Below, in pieces: positions 30,658-42,160 of a stretch of 64,000 nt of DNA. The notes beneath the pieces were generated by a model. It had not been told where the DNA came from, ran no database searches, and saw only the letters and a list, made by a program, of their open reading frames with translations. A program made the translations under genes and the position numbers. The first letter of the stretch is position 1; each line of letters opens with the position of its first letter. Source of the DNA: Thermodesulfobacteriota bacterium. Its GTDB lineage: Bacteria > Desulfobacterota > Binatia > UBA9968 > JAJDTQ01. The stretch spans positions 3,850,109 through 3,914,108 of the forward strand of contig OZ220710.1 of assembly GCA_965116635.1 (NCBI GenBank), given 5' to 3'.

Positions 30658-32634
30658 TCAGCGCGTTCCGCCGAAACCCCCGATCAGGTTGACATCCGTT
30701 CTGCGGTCGTTCAGCACCCCGGCCATCTCCTCGTGCGCGGGACCGTAGAATCCGCCGAGCACGCGGCCGTCGGGGTCCGAGAAGGCGTTGCCCGCGACGC
30801 CGATGCCGTACTCCAGGCTGGACCTGCGGAACGGGCTGGACTCATTGCCGCCATGCACCGTCAAGTCGTCGAACAGGGCGGTGCCCCGCAGGGTGGACAA
30901 CTCAACCTGCAGCTCCGCGTCGCCGAAGACCGGCGGCAGCATCGCCTGTCCAAGATCGACGCCGATCAGGGACCCCGACCAGGTGACACCGCCCTGCAAC
31001 GGCCCATGCGTCTCCGCCAGGCTCATGTCCGGCGCCGTCCCGAACGCATCGGCGCTCGCCCGCAGCGTATCGGTCACCTCGACCATCCGTCCGCCCTGGT
31101 AGTCAATCGTACGCTCCACGCCCGCGCCCCAGGCGCTGTGGCGGCCCCAGGCTCCGTAGCCGTAGAGCTCCGGCTCGTTCTCGCTGCCCGCCGGGCTGAT
31201 TTCGTAGCCGATGTCGGCCAGGTACGCGAAGTCCAGCGCCGACGGACCGTACACCTCTGCTCGATCGCGGCAATACGCCATGAGCGAAGTGCAGACCCCG
31301 AGGTGGCCCCAGTCGACTTGGCTGCCGGGGGTATGCGGTTCAACCCAGCGGTTGTCCCCGTCCACCCACTGGAACGGCACGGGCTGTCCGCCGTTGGCGC
31401 GCATGGCCTCCGGCCCTTCGAACGTGTAGTCCGTCCGGTTGATGTAGCGCGTAAGGGGCTGAACGTCCCAACCGCCTACGCCGATCACATGGCCGACCTC
31501 GTGCGCCATTACGCCGGTGTTTTCGACATGGCGCCGCGACAGGTTCAGCGCCCCCAACCATGGCCGGTAGTCGTTGTCGACCTGCTCGCGAGACCGGGCC
31601 CCGGCAGAGGAAAACCCGGAGTCGCCCCTGTCGTACACGAAGATGAGAACGTCATCCGCGGGCACGTCCTCGCGAAGCGTCTCCGTTACGAGCTCGTCGT
31701 CTTCGTTCTGGAAACCGATCTCTCTCCCTCGCTCGGCGACCCGGGGGCGCAAGTCGTCCTCGATGCGCCAGGACCACGACTTCCCGGCCCGTTCCATCCG
31801 CGCCCGGGTCGCCTGGTCGAAAATCGGCGCGAACCGCCAGTCGAACTCGATGTTGAACCTTCCGGCCGGACCGCCCGTCCAACGGCCGTAAGTGATCCCG
31901 CCCCGCTCGCCGATGATCTCGACATCATCGGGACGGACGTTGCGCAGTTTGGTGCCGGTCTCGCCGGGATTGCCTCCGGCCATGCCGATCAGCTCCGAGA
32001 GCGCACGGGCTCGGTCCTGCACTCGCGCGGGATCGACCGGTGACAGCCCCAAGGCCGCCCGCAACTGCTCCGGTTCGTTCCAGTGGTCCAACAGGTCTTC
32101 GGCCGTGGGGTTGTCCCTCTCATGGGTCGGGTGCACATACGCGAAGGCAGGGACCGCGCCGGTCACGGCATAGGACGTCGTGCCGTCCGCCGACACCCTC
32201 ACCCTGCACGCGGCGCCGCCCGGCGGACACGTCACCACCACGTTCCCGTGCTCCCGCGAATCCCCCGCCGCCACCGTGACAACCCCCGCACGCAGCCCAT
32301 GCCCCACGGGCAAACCCCATGGTTCATATATCGGCGTCACCATCGGGACGCCGCCCCTCCTGTCGTAGACCACGGTGCCGTCCGCCATCACGCTCACCAT
32401 GCAGGCGTTGCCGCCCAGCGGACACGCCACCACCACGTTCCCGTGCTCTTGCGAATCCCCCGCCACAACCGTGAAATCGCCTGGAGGGAGACTGTAGCCC
32501 GGCGGCAGGGACGGGACCGGAGTCGCGACCACGCGCGGACTAACCCCGCCACCTCCGCCACAGCCGGACAGTAACAGTGCGAGGCAAACGGTCGCCCAGG
32601 AAGCCGTCGTGTGTGTCCAGTGCGGCCCGTACAT
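30658..32634 (-). CDS. Lipoprotein with HExxH zinc-peptidase motif and TbpB-like C-terminal barrel
   Basis: Lipobox LSGC-GGGGG; MAHEVGHVIG; GGFYGPAHEEMAGV..IGGFGG; 65-aa duplicated Cys-containing module. Confidence 0.75.
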   Translation of the reverse strand: MYGPHWTHTTASWATVCLALLLSGCGGGGGVSPRVVATPVPSLPPGYSLPPGDFTVVAGDSQEHGNVVVACPLGGNACMVSVMADGTVVYDRRGGVPMVTPIYEPWGLPVGHGLRAGVVTVAAGDSREHGNVVVTCPPGGAACRVRVSADGTTSYAVTGAVPAFAYVHPTHERDNPTAEDLLDHWNEPEQLRAALGLSPVDPARVQDRARALSELIGMAGGNPGETGTKLRNVRPDDVEIIGERGGITYGRWTGGPAGRFNIEFDWRFAPIFDQATRARMERAGKSWSWRIEDDLRPRVAERGREIGFQNEDDELVTETLREDVPADDVLIFVYDRGDSGFSSAGARSREQVDNDYRPWLGALNLSRRHVENTGVMAHEVGHVIGVGGWDVQPLTRYINRTDYTFEGPEAMRANGGQPVPFQWVDGDNRWVEPHTPGSQVDWGHLGVCTSLMAYCRDRAEVYGPSALDFAYLADIGYEISPAGSENEPELYGYGAWGRHSAWGAGVERTIDYQGGRMVEVTDTLRASADAFGTAPDMSLAETHGPLQGGVTWSGSLIGVDLGQAMLPPVFGDAELQVELSTLRGTALFDDLTVHGGNESSPFRRSSLEYGIGVAGNAFSDPDGRVLGGFYGPAHEEMAGVLNDRRTDVNLIGGFGGTR

Positions 32635-32669
32635 GCGTTCCTCCCATGCCGATCTGATATTGTGGCATC

Positions 32670-34367
<1,698 letters not shown>

Positions 34368-34456
34368 GTTCAAACCCCCCACCTTTCCTCCGTCCGGTTG
34401 AGTCTAGGCGTTTTCCACGCTACGGGGAAGTTTATGCGCATGCGTCCTTCGAAATT

Positions 34457-34804
34457 GCGCCCTTCGACTTCGCGCCGCTGACGCGGCGCTACGCTCAGGA
34501 CGAACGGTTGCGAGGAACCTCGCTATGCCTCTCCTGAGCCTGTCGATGGGCTCGGGACGAACGGTTGTGAGGAACCTCGCTATGCCTGTCCTGGGCCTGT
34601 CGATAGGCTCGGGACGAACGGTTGCGAGGAACCTCGCTATGCCTGTCCTGGGCCTGTCGATGGGCTCGGGACGAACGGTTGTGGGGAACCTCGCTATGCC
34701 TGTCCTGAGCCTGTCGATGGGCTCGGGACGAACGTAGGAGGATATTCCACCAACCGTTCGTCCTGAGCGTAGCGCCGCGTCAGCGGCGCGAAGTCGAAGG
34801 GCGT
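34457..34804. repeat. REP-like inverted pair enclosing four 57-bp tandem repeats
   Basis: GGACGAAC at 34498, 34555, 34612, 34669, 34726. Confidence 0.95.
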
Positions 34805-34838
34805 CATTTCATCGCCACTACCTTAAAGGATTACCCTC

Positions 34839-35579
34839 ATGACCGCTTCCACATCCCCCACCCGCCGGCGCGCCGTAGTCATCCGGCACGTGGCTTTCGA
34901 AGACCTGGGTTCGTTTGCGGAGCCGCTGGCCCGGCGCGAGTACGGGATCGAGTTCCTCGAGGCCGGCGTGGACGATCTCAGCCGGGCCGATGCCGGCGCC
35001 GACCTGCTCATCGTCCTGGGCGGACCCATCAGCGCATGCGACGACCGCCAGTACCCCTTTCTGGCGGACGAGGTCCGGATACTGGAGAGCCGGCTCCGCG
35101 CCGACCGCGCGACCCTGGGAATCTGCCTCGGGAGCCAGCTCATGGCCCGGGCCCTGGGCGCCCGTGTGTACGGCGCCGGAACGAAGGAGGTCGGCTGGGG
35201 CCCCCTGTCCCTGACCGACGCGGGCGGGGCGTCGGCGCTACGCCATCTCGCGCCTCACGAGACGTCGGTGCTGCACTGGCACGGAGACACCTTTGACCTG
35301 CCCCGGGACGCGGTCCATCTGGCCGCCACGGACGCCTGCGAGAACCAGGCCTTTCTCTGGGGAACCCGGGGGCTGGCGCTCCAGTTTCATCCGGAGGCCA
35401 CCGGCGCCGGGTTGGAGCGGTGGTTCATCGGCCACACCCTGGAGATCGAGACGACAGCCGGCATCTCGGTCGCGGCGCTCCGGGCTTCCACGGCCAACGC
35501 GGCGCCCCGGCTCGAGCGTCAGGGCCCGGCGTTCTTCGACGAGTGGCTCGCGCAAGTCGGCGCCGGCGCGCCCTCCTGA
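34839..35579 (+). CDS. Class I glutamine amidotransferase
   Basis: RHVAFEDLG, LGICLGSQL, HWHGDTF, LQFHPE. Confidence 0.9.
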   Translation: MTASTSPTRRRAVVIRHVAFEDLGSFAEPLARREYGIEFLEAGVDDLSRADAGADLLIVLGGPISACDDRQYPFLADEVRILESRLRADRATLGICLGSQLMARALGARVYGAGTKEVGWGPLSLTDAGGASALRHLAPHETSVLHWHGDTFDLPRDAVHLAATDACENQAFLWGTRGLALQFHPEATGAGLERWFIGHTLEIETTAGISVAALRASTANAAPRLERQGPAFFDEWLAQVGAGAPS

Positions 35580-36514
35580 CCCCGCTGCGCCTCCCCGTCA
35601 CGGAGGATCTCCTCCAGCTCGGTGCGGGTATCGATGTCCTTGGCAAAGGAACGGAGCCGGGTGACCGCCATGGCCACCGGGTGGTCGAAACCGCGGGTGC
35701 GGCCCGGCACCATGATCTGCCGGGTCAGCTCGGCGGCGAGATCGGGCACCGTGACCCGCTTCACGCAGTACCTGTAGTACATTCTGAAGATGCCGTAGGG
35801 AGCGCCCACGATGCGGCCCGGCCACTGGAACGACGCGATTCGTCTCAGATCATCCGCCAGCCATAGACCCATGACCCGGAGCGTGATGCGGATGATGCGC
35901 TCGTAAAGACTGCGGTTGCGAAACCGGTAGGCCAGCATGAGGAACCGGTTGAACCAGTCGAGCCGGACCGCGTCGGGCCGGAAAATCAGCAGATGACCGG
36001 GATACAGGTTCAGCAGCGGCCCGTCGGGTGAAGGCCGCATGGGATAGCTGGGCTTCCAGCCGCTGACACCCATTTCGTCGGGGTCGGCGGCGATCATCTG
36101 CCACCAAAGGCCGCTGTCCGCTTGCGGCCGGTACGATTCGTCCAGCAGTTCCCGGAAATCCGCGGCCGTGGGCAGGATGTCGCAGGCGGACACGGCGACG
36201 GGCCGGTGCGGATAACGCTCGGTGAGGATACGCGTCAACCCGGTGACGGTGGCGAGCAGGTCCCCGGTGGTGTCCCATATCTCACAGTCCACCAAGTCAT
36301 GGTAGATCCGCCGCGGCCCCACGAGAATGGGCTTCTCGAACCGCGCGCTCTCGCGTATCCGCTCCACCAGCTCGCCGGCGATGCACCGCCCGGACGGGAG
36401 CTTCACCGCGCCCTTGAACCCCCGCAACAGGTCGTCGGCCGTGAATCCGTCGGGGATCGTGTCCACCCGATCGTTGCCGCCGGCGAGAATGATTATCGGC
36501 AACAGGTCGCTCAT
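35519..36514 (-). CDS. Hypothetical protein with NTP-transferase-like N-terminus
   Basis: IIILAGG start and VSACDILP; 3' end overlaps the convergent gene. Confidence 0.6.
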   Translation of the reverse strand: MSDLLPIIILAGGNDRVDTIPDGFTADDLLRGFKGAVKLPSGRCIAGELVERIRESARFEKPILVGPRRIYHDLVDCEIWDTTGDLLATVTGLTRILTERYPHRPVAVSACDILPTAADFRELLDESYRPQADSGLWWQMIAADPDEMGVSGWKPSYPMRPSPDGPLLNLYPGHLLIFRPDAVRLDWFNRFLMLAYRFRNRSLYERIIRITLRVMGLWLADDLRRIASFQWPGRIVGAPYGIFRMYYRYCVKRVTVPDLAAELTRQIMVPGRTRGFDHPVAMAVTRLRSFAKDIDTRTELEEILRDGEAQRGQEGAPAPTCASHSSKNAGP

Positions 36515-36680
36515 TCCGGTCTTGCTCCGACTGCAATTATGCCTTCGCGGGCCGCTGCTCTCAAGGCCCTTTCTTTACCACGATGTTTTGAAAAAGCATC
36601 GCCGACCTGTTACTCAAAAGGGAGACGCTACACGATGCCCGGAGCCGCGGCTACGCGGGCCAACTCCGGCCGCCGGGAGC

Positions 36681-36872
36681 ATGATGCCGACCTTCATCAA
36701 ATGCCCCACTTGCCATACCGAGACGCCGTGGACGGATAACCCGCACCGGCCCTTTTGCTCGGAACGCTGCCGCTTTGTGGACCTCGGAGCCTGGGCGGAC
36801 GGCAAGTACCGTATCGTCGGCGAGGACCGCGAGGACGAATCGCTGCCCGCCGACGAAGCGGACCGTCAGTGA
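36681..36872 (+). CDS. yacG: DNA gyrase inhibitor YacG
   Basis: CPTC..RPFCSERCRFVDLGAW. Confidence 0.92.
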   Translation: MMPTFIKCPTCHTETPWTDNPHRPFCSERCRFVDLGAWADGKYRIVGEDREDESLPADEADRQ

Positions 36873-36906
36873 ACTTCAACCCGATAGGACTCCGGGAAGC
36901 ATATTC

Positions 36907-37707
36907 ATGCCGATACATCCCACAGCCGTGGTGGATCCACGGGCCGAAATCCATCCCGAAGCCGAGCTCGGACCTTACGTCGTCATCGACGGACCGGTGA
37001 AGATCGGGGCCGGAACCCGTCTCTTGCCTCATGCGGTGGTCATGGGCTGGACGGAGATCGGCGAAGGCAACGAGGTCCATAGCGGGGCAGTGCTGGGCGA
37101 CGCACCCCAGGACCTGTCCTACCGCGGGGCCAAGTCGTACCTTCGCATCGGCGACCGCAACGTGTTTCGGGAGGGAGTCCAGGTCCACCGGGGCACCGCC
37201 GCGGAAACCACCACGGTCATCGGCGATGACAACTTCCTGATGGCCAACAGCCACGTGGCGCACAACTGCCAATTGGGCAACCGCATCATCATGATCAACA
37301 ATTCGGTGGTGGGCGGCTTCGTCGAGGTCGGCGACCGCGCGGTGCTTTCGGCGAGCTGCGCGGTGCACCAGTTCGTCCGTATCGGACAGGTGGCCATCAT
37401 GCGCGGCATGAGCGCCACCAGCCGGGACGTGCCGCCGTTCTCCATCATCGACTGGCAGCATACCGTGCGCGGGTTGAACGTCGTGGGATTGCGCCGGGCC
37501 GGCTTCGATCCAGTCCGTATCCGCGCCCTGAAGAACGCCTTTCAGATTCTCTTCCGCAAGCGGCGCAACCTCGGCGCCGCCGTAAAAGAACTCGAGGCGA
37601 GCCTTGACGATCCCTCCGGGGACATCGCCGAGCTTCTCGAGTTCATCCACTCATCGCGCCGCGGCGTCTGCGCCGGCCCGCGCTCCCATCACCTGGGAAG
37701 GCCCTAG
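36907..37707 (+). CDS. lpxA: UDP-N-acetylglucosamine acyltransferase
   Basis: IHPTAVVDP, PQDLSY, IGDRNVFRE, HRGT, SHVAHNC, VHQFVRIG. Confidence 0.92.
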   Translation: MPIHPTAVVDPRAEIHPEAELGPYVVIDGPVKIGAGTRLLPHAVVMGWTEIGEGNEVHSGAVLGDAPQDLSYRGAKSYLRIGDRNVFREGVQVHRGTAAETTTVIGDDNFLMANSHVAHNCQLGNRIIMINNSVVGGFVEVGDRAVLSASCAVHQFVRIGQVAIMRGMSATSRDVPPFSIIDWQHTVRGLNVVGLRRAGFDPVRIRALKNAFQILFRKRRNLGAAVKELEASLDDPSGDIAELLEFIHSSRRGVCAGPRSHHLGRP

Positions 37708-37710
37708 TTG

Positions 37711-38028
37711 GCGCCCTTCGGTTGACGCCCTTCGACTTCGCTCGCCCTTCGACAAGCTCAGGACTCGCTACGCTCAGGACGAACGGTGGGGGTTTGTATG
37801 CCTGGCCTCGCGGCACTGGGGGCGACAGGAGGAGACTTGCGCCCTTCGACTTCGCGCCGCTGGCGCGGCGCTACGCTCAGGACGAACGGTTATGATACCG
37901 CTTTCCGTTCGTCCTGAGCCCTCCGACAAACTCGGGACAGACAACCCCCCGGCTCGTCGTGCCCCCCCCCCCCCCCACCGTTCGTCCTGAGCGTAGCGCC
38001 GCGCCAGCGGCGCGAAGTCGAAGGGCGC
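37711..38028. repeat. REP cluster (37725 with nested mini-unit, 37839 fwd, 37905 partial, 37978 rev)
   Basis: Direct match; lies between convergent genes. Confidence 0.9.
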
Positions 38029-38052
38029 AAGAACCCGTTCGAATGACGCCCA

Positions 38053-38781
38053 TCACACCGGCCGGTGGAACCTGGCCACGCAGCGCTTCACGGCCTCGGC
38101 CGAGAGCGGATACTGGAACATCTCGTTTCTCATGTGCACGCGCTGGAGGCTGACGCGCTCGATGGCCCGCTTCATGGCCTTCAGGTCGCGTTTGTTGGCC
38201 ACGGCCGCGGCGGCTTCCTGGGCCGCCACCCGGTAGTGGTTCTTCTCATCCTGGTAGATTACCTCCATGGCCGCGGCGATCTTCCTCTCCAGGACGCTGC
38301 CCTTGAGCTTGCGGCCCTCGCGGAACAGTCTCGCGCCGCCGCCTTCCGTCACCAGCACCGCCGCCTTCTGCACCGGCGAACCGGCCACCAGGCTCCGGCG
38401 CAGCTCCCCCAGGGCCTTTTCCTGCGGCAACTGGTTGGTGTCTTCGGCGCCGATCTTGCGGCCCAGCAGGTATTCCAGGATGTCGGCCTGGAGCACGTAG
38501 TGGTTGAACTCCTGCACCATCTGTTCCATGAGCCCGTGATAGTGATGCCGGTCCACGGTGCGGTCCACCTCGGGGAACATCTCCACCAGGTTCGCCAACT
38601 CCCGGTGAAGTCCGCTGAAATAACCGTCCACCGGGTGCAGCTCCTTCCAGAGCTGGGCCTTGAGCCAGTAGACATGCTGCTCCCCCGTGGGCTTGGCTCG
38701 GAAAAACCGCCTGGCGATCTCCGCCTCGGCCTCCCAGTACGGATAGGCCACATCGATCAGGTATTGCTCCGTCTCTCTCAT
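38053..38781 (-). CDS. Hypothetical ferritin-like (di-iron) protein
   Basis: GGAGG RBS; two ExxH motifs (EFNH, EKNH) in a helical sequence. Confidence 0.6.
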   Translation of the reverse strand: MRETEQYLIDVAYPYWEAEAEIARRFFRAKPTGEQHVYWLKAQLWKELHPVDGYFSGLHRELANLVEMFPEVDRTVDRHHYHGLMEQMVQEFNHYVLQADILEYLLGRKIGAEDTNQLPQEKALGELRRSLVAGSPVQKAAVLVTEGGGARLFREGRKLKGSVLERKIAAAMEVIYQDEKNHYRVAAQEAAAAVANKRDLKAMKRAIERVSLQRVHMRNEMFQYPLSAEAVKRCVARFHRPV

Positions 38782-38851
38782 TTCACCGAACCTCCAACGG
38801 TTCCCGGGTGCTTTCGCTTTGCCGCTTCATGGCTTAGTATGAAGCGCTGAC

Positions 38852-39580
38852 ATGTCCAAGACCGCGGGTATCATCATCATCGGCAACGAGGTCCTTTCGG
38901 GGAAGACCCAGGACATCAATTCCACCTTCCTGTGCCGCGAGCTGCGGCTCCTCGGCGTCGACGTACAGCGCGTCACGGTGATCCCGGACGAGCGGGAGCT
39001 CATCGGGCGCACGGCCGCGCGCTTCTCCGCCAGTTGGGATCTCGTTTTCACCACCGGCGGGGTCGGCCCGACCCATGACGACGTCACCATCGAGGGCATC
39101 GCGCTGGGCTTCGGGGTCAAGGCGGTGATCGACCCGGGGCTGGAACGCCGGCTCTCCCAGCGCTACGGCGACGACATCAACCCGGCGCGGCTGCGCATGG
39201 CCATGGTGCCGGAAGGGGCCGAACTGCTGGGCGCCGGGGCCCTGTTCGCTCCGGTGGTGCGGATGAAGAACGTCTACATCTTCGCCGGCGTGCCGCGCAT
39301 CCTGCAGGACCGTTTCAACGCCATCAAGGAACGTTTCCGCGAGGAGCCCTACCACCTCAGGAACATCTACATCAAGGACGGCGAGGGCGTCATCGCCGGC
39401 ACCCTGAACGACCTACTGGAACGGTTTCCCGAGATCCTGCTGGGTTCCTATCCGGTGCTCGACCATCCGGACTACAAGGTCAAGGTGACGGTGGAGTCCA
39501 AGAGCGGTGAATATCTCGACCAGGCAGTGGCCAGCCTGCTGGAAGAACTGCCGCCCGCCGCCATCCTCCGGGTCGAGTAG
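38852..39580 (+). CDS. CinA-like molybdopterin-binding domain protein
   Basis: IIIGNEVLSGKTQDIN, TTGGVGPTHDDVT, GVP. Confidence 0.88.
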   Translation: MSKTAGIIIIGNEVLSGKTQDINSTFLCRELRLLGVDVQRVTVIPDERELIGRTAARFSASWDLVFTTGGVGPTHDDVTIEGIALGFGVKAVIDPGLERRLSQRYGDDINPARLRMAMVPEGAELLGAGALFAPVVRMKNVYIFAGVPRILQDRFNAIKERFREEPYHLRNIYIKDGEGVIAGTLNDLLERFPEILLGSYPVLDHPDYKVKVTVESKSGEYLDQAVASLLEELPPAAILRVE

Positions 39581-39598
39581 GGGCGACCCGCGGCCGCC

Positions 39599-40066
39599 CT
39601 ACCGACTGTGGCTGCGCGCCAGGGCCTCGGCGCGGTCCGCGAACCGTTCGCCGGTCTGACTGCCGATCCAGATCTCCCCGCCCCGATAGATCTCCTTCTT
39701 CCAGATGGGCACGCGCTTCTTGAGCTCGTCGATGGCGTAGCGGCAGGCCTTGAAGGCGTCGTCACGGTGCGGCGCCGACACCGCGATGATCACGCTGGCC
39801 TCGCCGATGGGCACGGTGCCGATGCGGTGGACCATGGCCACGCGGGTGATGTCCCATTTCTCCGCGACCTCTTCCCCGAGGCGAGCCATCTCCTGCTCGG
39901 CCATACCCGGGTAGGCCTCGTAGTCCAGTGACAGGATGGAACGGCCTTCGTTGTTGTCACGGGTGGTTCCGATAAAGGTCGAGACCGCGCCCGCGCCGGG
40001 GTCGCCGACGTAGGTCACCAGTTCGTTCAGATCGATGGGTTTGTCCGTAAGCCGGTACACGTTCAC
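39599..40066 (-). CDS. moaE: Molybdopterin synthase catalytic subunit
   Basis: FIGTTR, LDYEAY, HRIG, SAPHR, PIWKKE. Confidence 0.95.
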   Translation of the reverse strand: MNVYRLTDKPIDLNELVTYVGDPGAGAVSTFIGTTRDNNEGRSILSLDYEAYPGMAEQEMARLGEEVAEKWDITRVAMVHRIGTVPIGEASVIIAVSAPHRDDAFKACRYAIDELKKRVPIWKKEIYRGGEIWIGSQTGERFADRAEALARSHSR

Positions 40067-40308
40067 CCTCCGCTCACCGGTGGTATGAAGGCGACCTCGT
40101 CGCCGTCGGCCAGCCGGTGTTCCTGCGCCACGTATTCGCTGTTGACGGCGTAGAGGAGTCTCAACTCGACACCCGAGAGTCCCGCGTGCTCACGCCGGAC
40201 CGCGTCCCAGAGGTCGTTCACGGTACTGCCCTCGGGAAGCTCATGGACCGCGTTGCCGGTTCCCGCCCGTTCTCTCAGCATGGCGAAGAGCTTGACCCGG
40301 ACCTTCAT
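40063..40308 (-). CDS. moaD: Molybdopterin synthase sulfur carrier
   Basis: Ends FIPPVSGG. Confidence 0.95.
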   Translation of the reverse strand: MKVRVKLFAMLRERAGTGNAVHELPEGSTVNDLWDAVRREHAGLSGVELRLLYAVNSEYVAQEHRLADGDEVAFIPPVSGG

Positions 40309-40811
40309 AGTCCGCGGGCCTGGGCCACCATGTGGCCCAACTGAGGCAGCAGCAGGCGTTTCATGGCCAGTTCCACGGCCCCGCTGGACCCCGGCATCGA
40401 GACCACCACGCGGGAACCCGCGGTGCCGGCGATGGCGCGGCTCAACATGGCCGCCGCGCCGATGTCCTCGTAGCTGAGCACACGAAACAACTCGCCGAAC
40501 CCGTCAATGCGCTTGTCGAGCACGCCGCTGACCACCTCGTAGGTGCCGTCCCTCGGCGCGATCCCGGTGCCGCCGTTCAGCAGCACCACGTCCACGCCCG
40601 AGGCCGCCAACGCCCTGTCGATCAAGGCGCGGATGTCTTCCGGTTCGTCCTTGACGATCTCGTAGCCCGCCACCGTGTGCCCGCCTTCCTCAAGCAGCCG
40701 CTTGATGGCGGTGCCGCTTCGGTCGGTGGTTTCGTCGCGGGTGTCGCTCACCGTGACGACAAAGCAGGCTACGGTCTTGAGGCTTCTGTCGTGGTGGGAT
40801 TTCTCCGCCAT
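40305..40811 (-). CDS. moaB: Molybdenum cofactor biosynthesis protein B
   Basis: TVSDTR..DRSG, GGTGIAPRD, GFGELFR, LSRA, MPGS. Confidence 0.92.
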   Translation of the reverse strand: MAEKSHHDRSLKTVACFVVTVSDTRDETTDRSGTAIKRLLEEGGHTVAGYEIVKDEPEDIRALIDRALAASGVDVVLLNGGTGIAPRDGTYEVVSGVLDKRIDGFGELFRVLSYEDIGAAAMLSRAIAGTAGSRVVVSMPGSSGAVELAMKRLLLPQLGHMVAQARGL

Positions 40812-41917
40812 CAGATCCTCATCGGCATCACGACGTACAGCAGGCTTTCGTCGCCGTTACGCTTCAACACGGTAGGACTCTGGTCGTCCTTCACCGCCAG
40901 GGTAACCTTGTCGTCGTGCTCCAGGACACCGAGAATATCCAGCAAATACTGCGCATTGTAGCCGATGGAGAGCCGCGCGCCCTGGTAGTCGACCTCCAGT
41001 TCCTCCGCCGCCTCGCCGAGGTCGGGATTGTTGGCCGAGATGAACATGCCGCCACCCTTCAACTCCACCCTGACACCCCGGTAACGGTCGCTGGACAACA
41101 GCGAAACGCGCCGCAACGCGCGGAACAGGTTGCTTTGCGCGACGTTGGCCTCGCTGGTTTGGTCGCTCGGGATGACCTTGTCGTAGTCGGGAAACTCGCC
41201 GTCGATGAGCCGGATGGACATTTCCACGTCCCCGTACCACACGAACACCATATTCTCGGTCAACCCCAGGGACACGGTAGCTTCCCCGGAGTCTTCCAGC
41301 AGCCGGCGGATCTCCCCCAGACCCTTGCGCGGGATGATCACGCCCTTCTGGATTCCCAGCGGTCCGATCTCCCGCTGCACCAGCGACAGCCGGTGACCGT
41401 CGGTGGTGACCATCCGCACGGTGTTGTCGCCCGACTCGTGCAGCAGCGCACCGTTCAGATTGGACCGGGTCTCATCGGTAGATACGGAGAAGATCGTCTT
41501 GTCGATCATCTCCTTCAGAACCTGCGCCGGACACTCCTTGCGGTCGCCCTCGGCGCTCTGGGCAAACACCGGGAACTCCTGTGCATCGAGGCCGACCATC
41601 TTGAATACGGACTTGCCGCTACGGATCTCGACCCGGTCGTTCTCCAGGCGCTGCAATTCAATCATTTCCTCGGACAGCTCCCGCACGATCTCGTAGAGCT
41701 TCCTGGCATCCACGGTGACCCGCCCCGAAGTGACGATTTCGCCGTTGAGGCTGGCCCGGACCCCCACCTCGAGATCAGTCGCGGTGACCCGGATCCGGTT
41801 GGTATGGGTCTCGATCAGCACGTTGGCCAGGATCGGCATGGTGTTGCGCCGTTCCACCGTGCCCTGGGTCCGAGACAACGCGCTCAGGAAGTCTTCACGT
41901 CTGGCTCTGATCTCCAT
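40811..41917 (-). CDS. dnaN: DNA polymerase III beta clamp
   Basis: MPILANVL, ATDLE, TDGHRL, FPDY, VVMPMRI. Confidence 0.97.
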   Translation of the reverse strand: MEIRARREDFLSALSRTQGTVERRNTMPILANVLIETHTNRIRVTATDLEVGVRASLNGEIVTSGRVTVDARKLYEIVRELSEEMIELQRLENDRVEIRSGKSVFKMVGLDAQEFPVFAQSAEGDRKECPAQVLKEMIDKTIFSVSTDETRSNLNGALLHESGDNTVRMVTTDGHRLSLVQREIGPLGIQKGVIIPRKGLGEIRRLLEDSGEATVSLGLTENMVFVWYGDVEMSIRLIDGEFPDYDKVIPSDQTSEANVAQSNLFRALRRVSLLSSDRYRGVRVELKGGGMFISANNPDLGEAAEELEVDYQGARLSIGYNAQYLLDILGVLEHDDKVTLAVKDDQSPTVLKRNGDESLLYVVMPMRI

Positions 41918-41949
41918 TTGTCCTCCCGGATCACCTGCCCCTCTTATCT

Positions 41950-42150
41950 CTTCAGATTAATATATTAAGACAAGAGTAGTAGTAAGGCTTGTGGATATCG
42001 GGATAGACCCCGAAACCTGCCGGTATTTAACCATCTTTGGAGTGGAAAAAAAATCGCGGCAACGCGCGTTCTTCACGGAAGCGGGCTTGCGGTGCCGGGA
42101 GAGTGCCAGGATTTCAACAGGCTGCGCCGGTTTCTCCACAGCGTTTCCAC
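41950..42150. other. oriC unwinding part: DnaA box plus DnaA-trio-like repeats plus AT-rich stretch
   Basis: Minus strand ATATCCACA-AGCC-TTACTACTACT..TTAATATATTAAT (41956-41998); TTCTCCACA at 42132. Confidence 0.8.
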
Positions 42151-42160
42151 CCGGTTCTTG

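Noticed and set aside
34498..34734. CRISPR array or 70-aa repeat ORF
   Set aside because: Plain 57-bp tandem repeat without unique spacers, derived from REP parts
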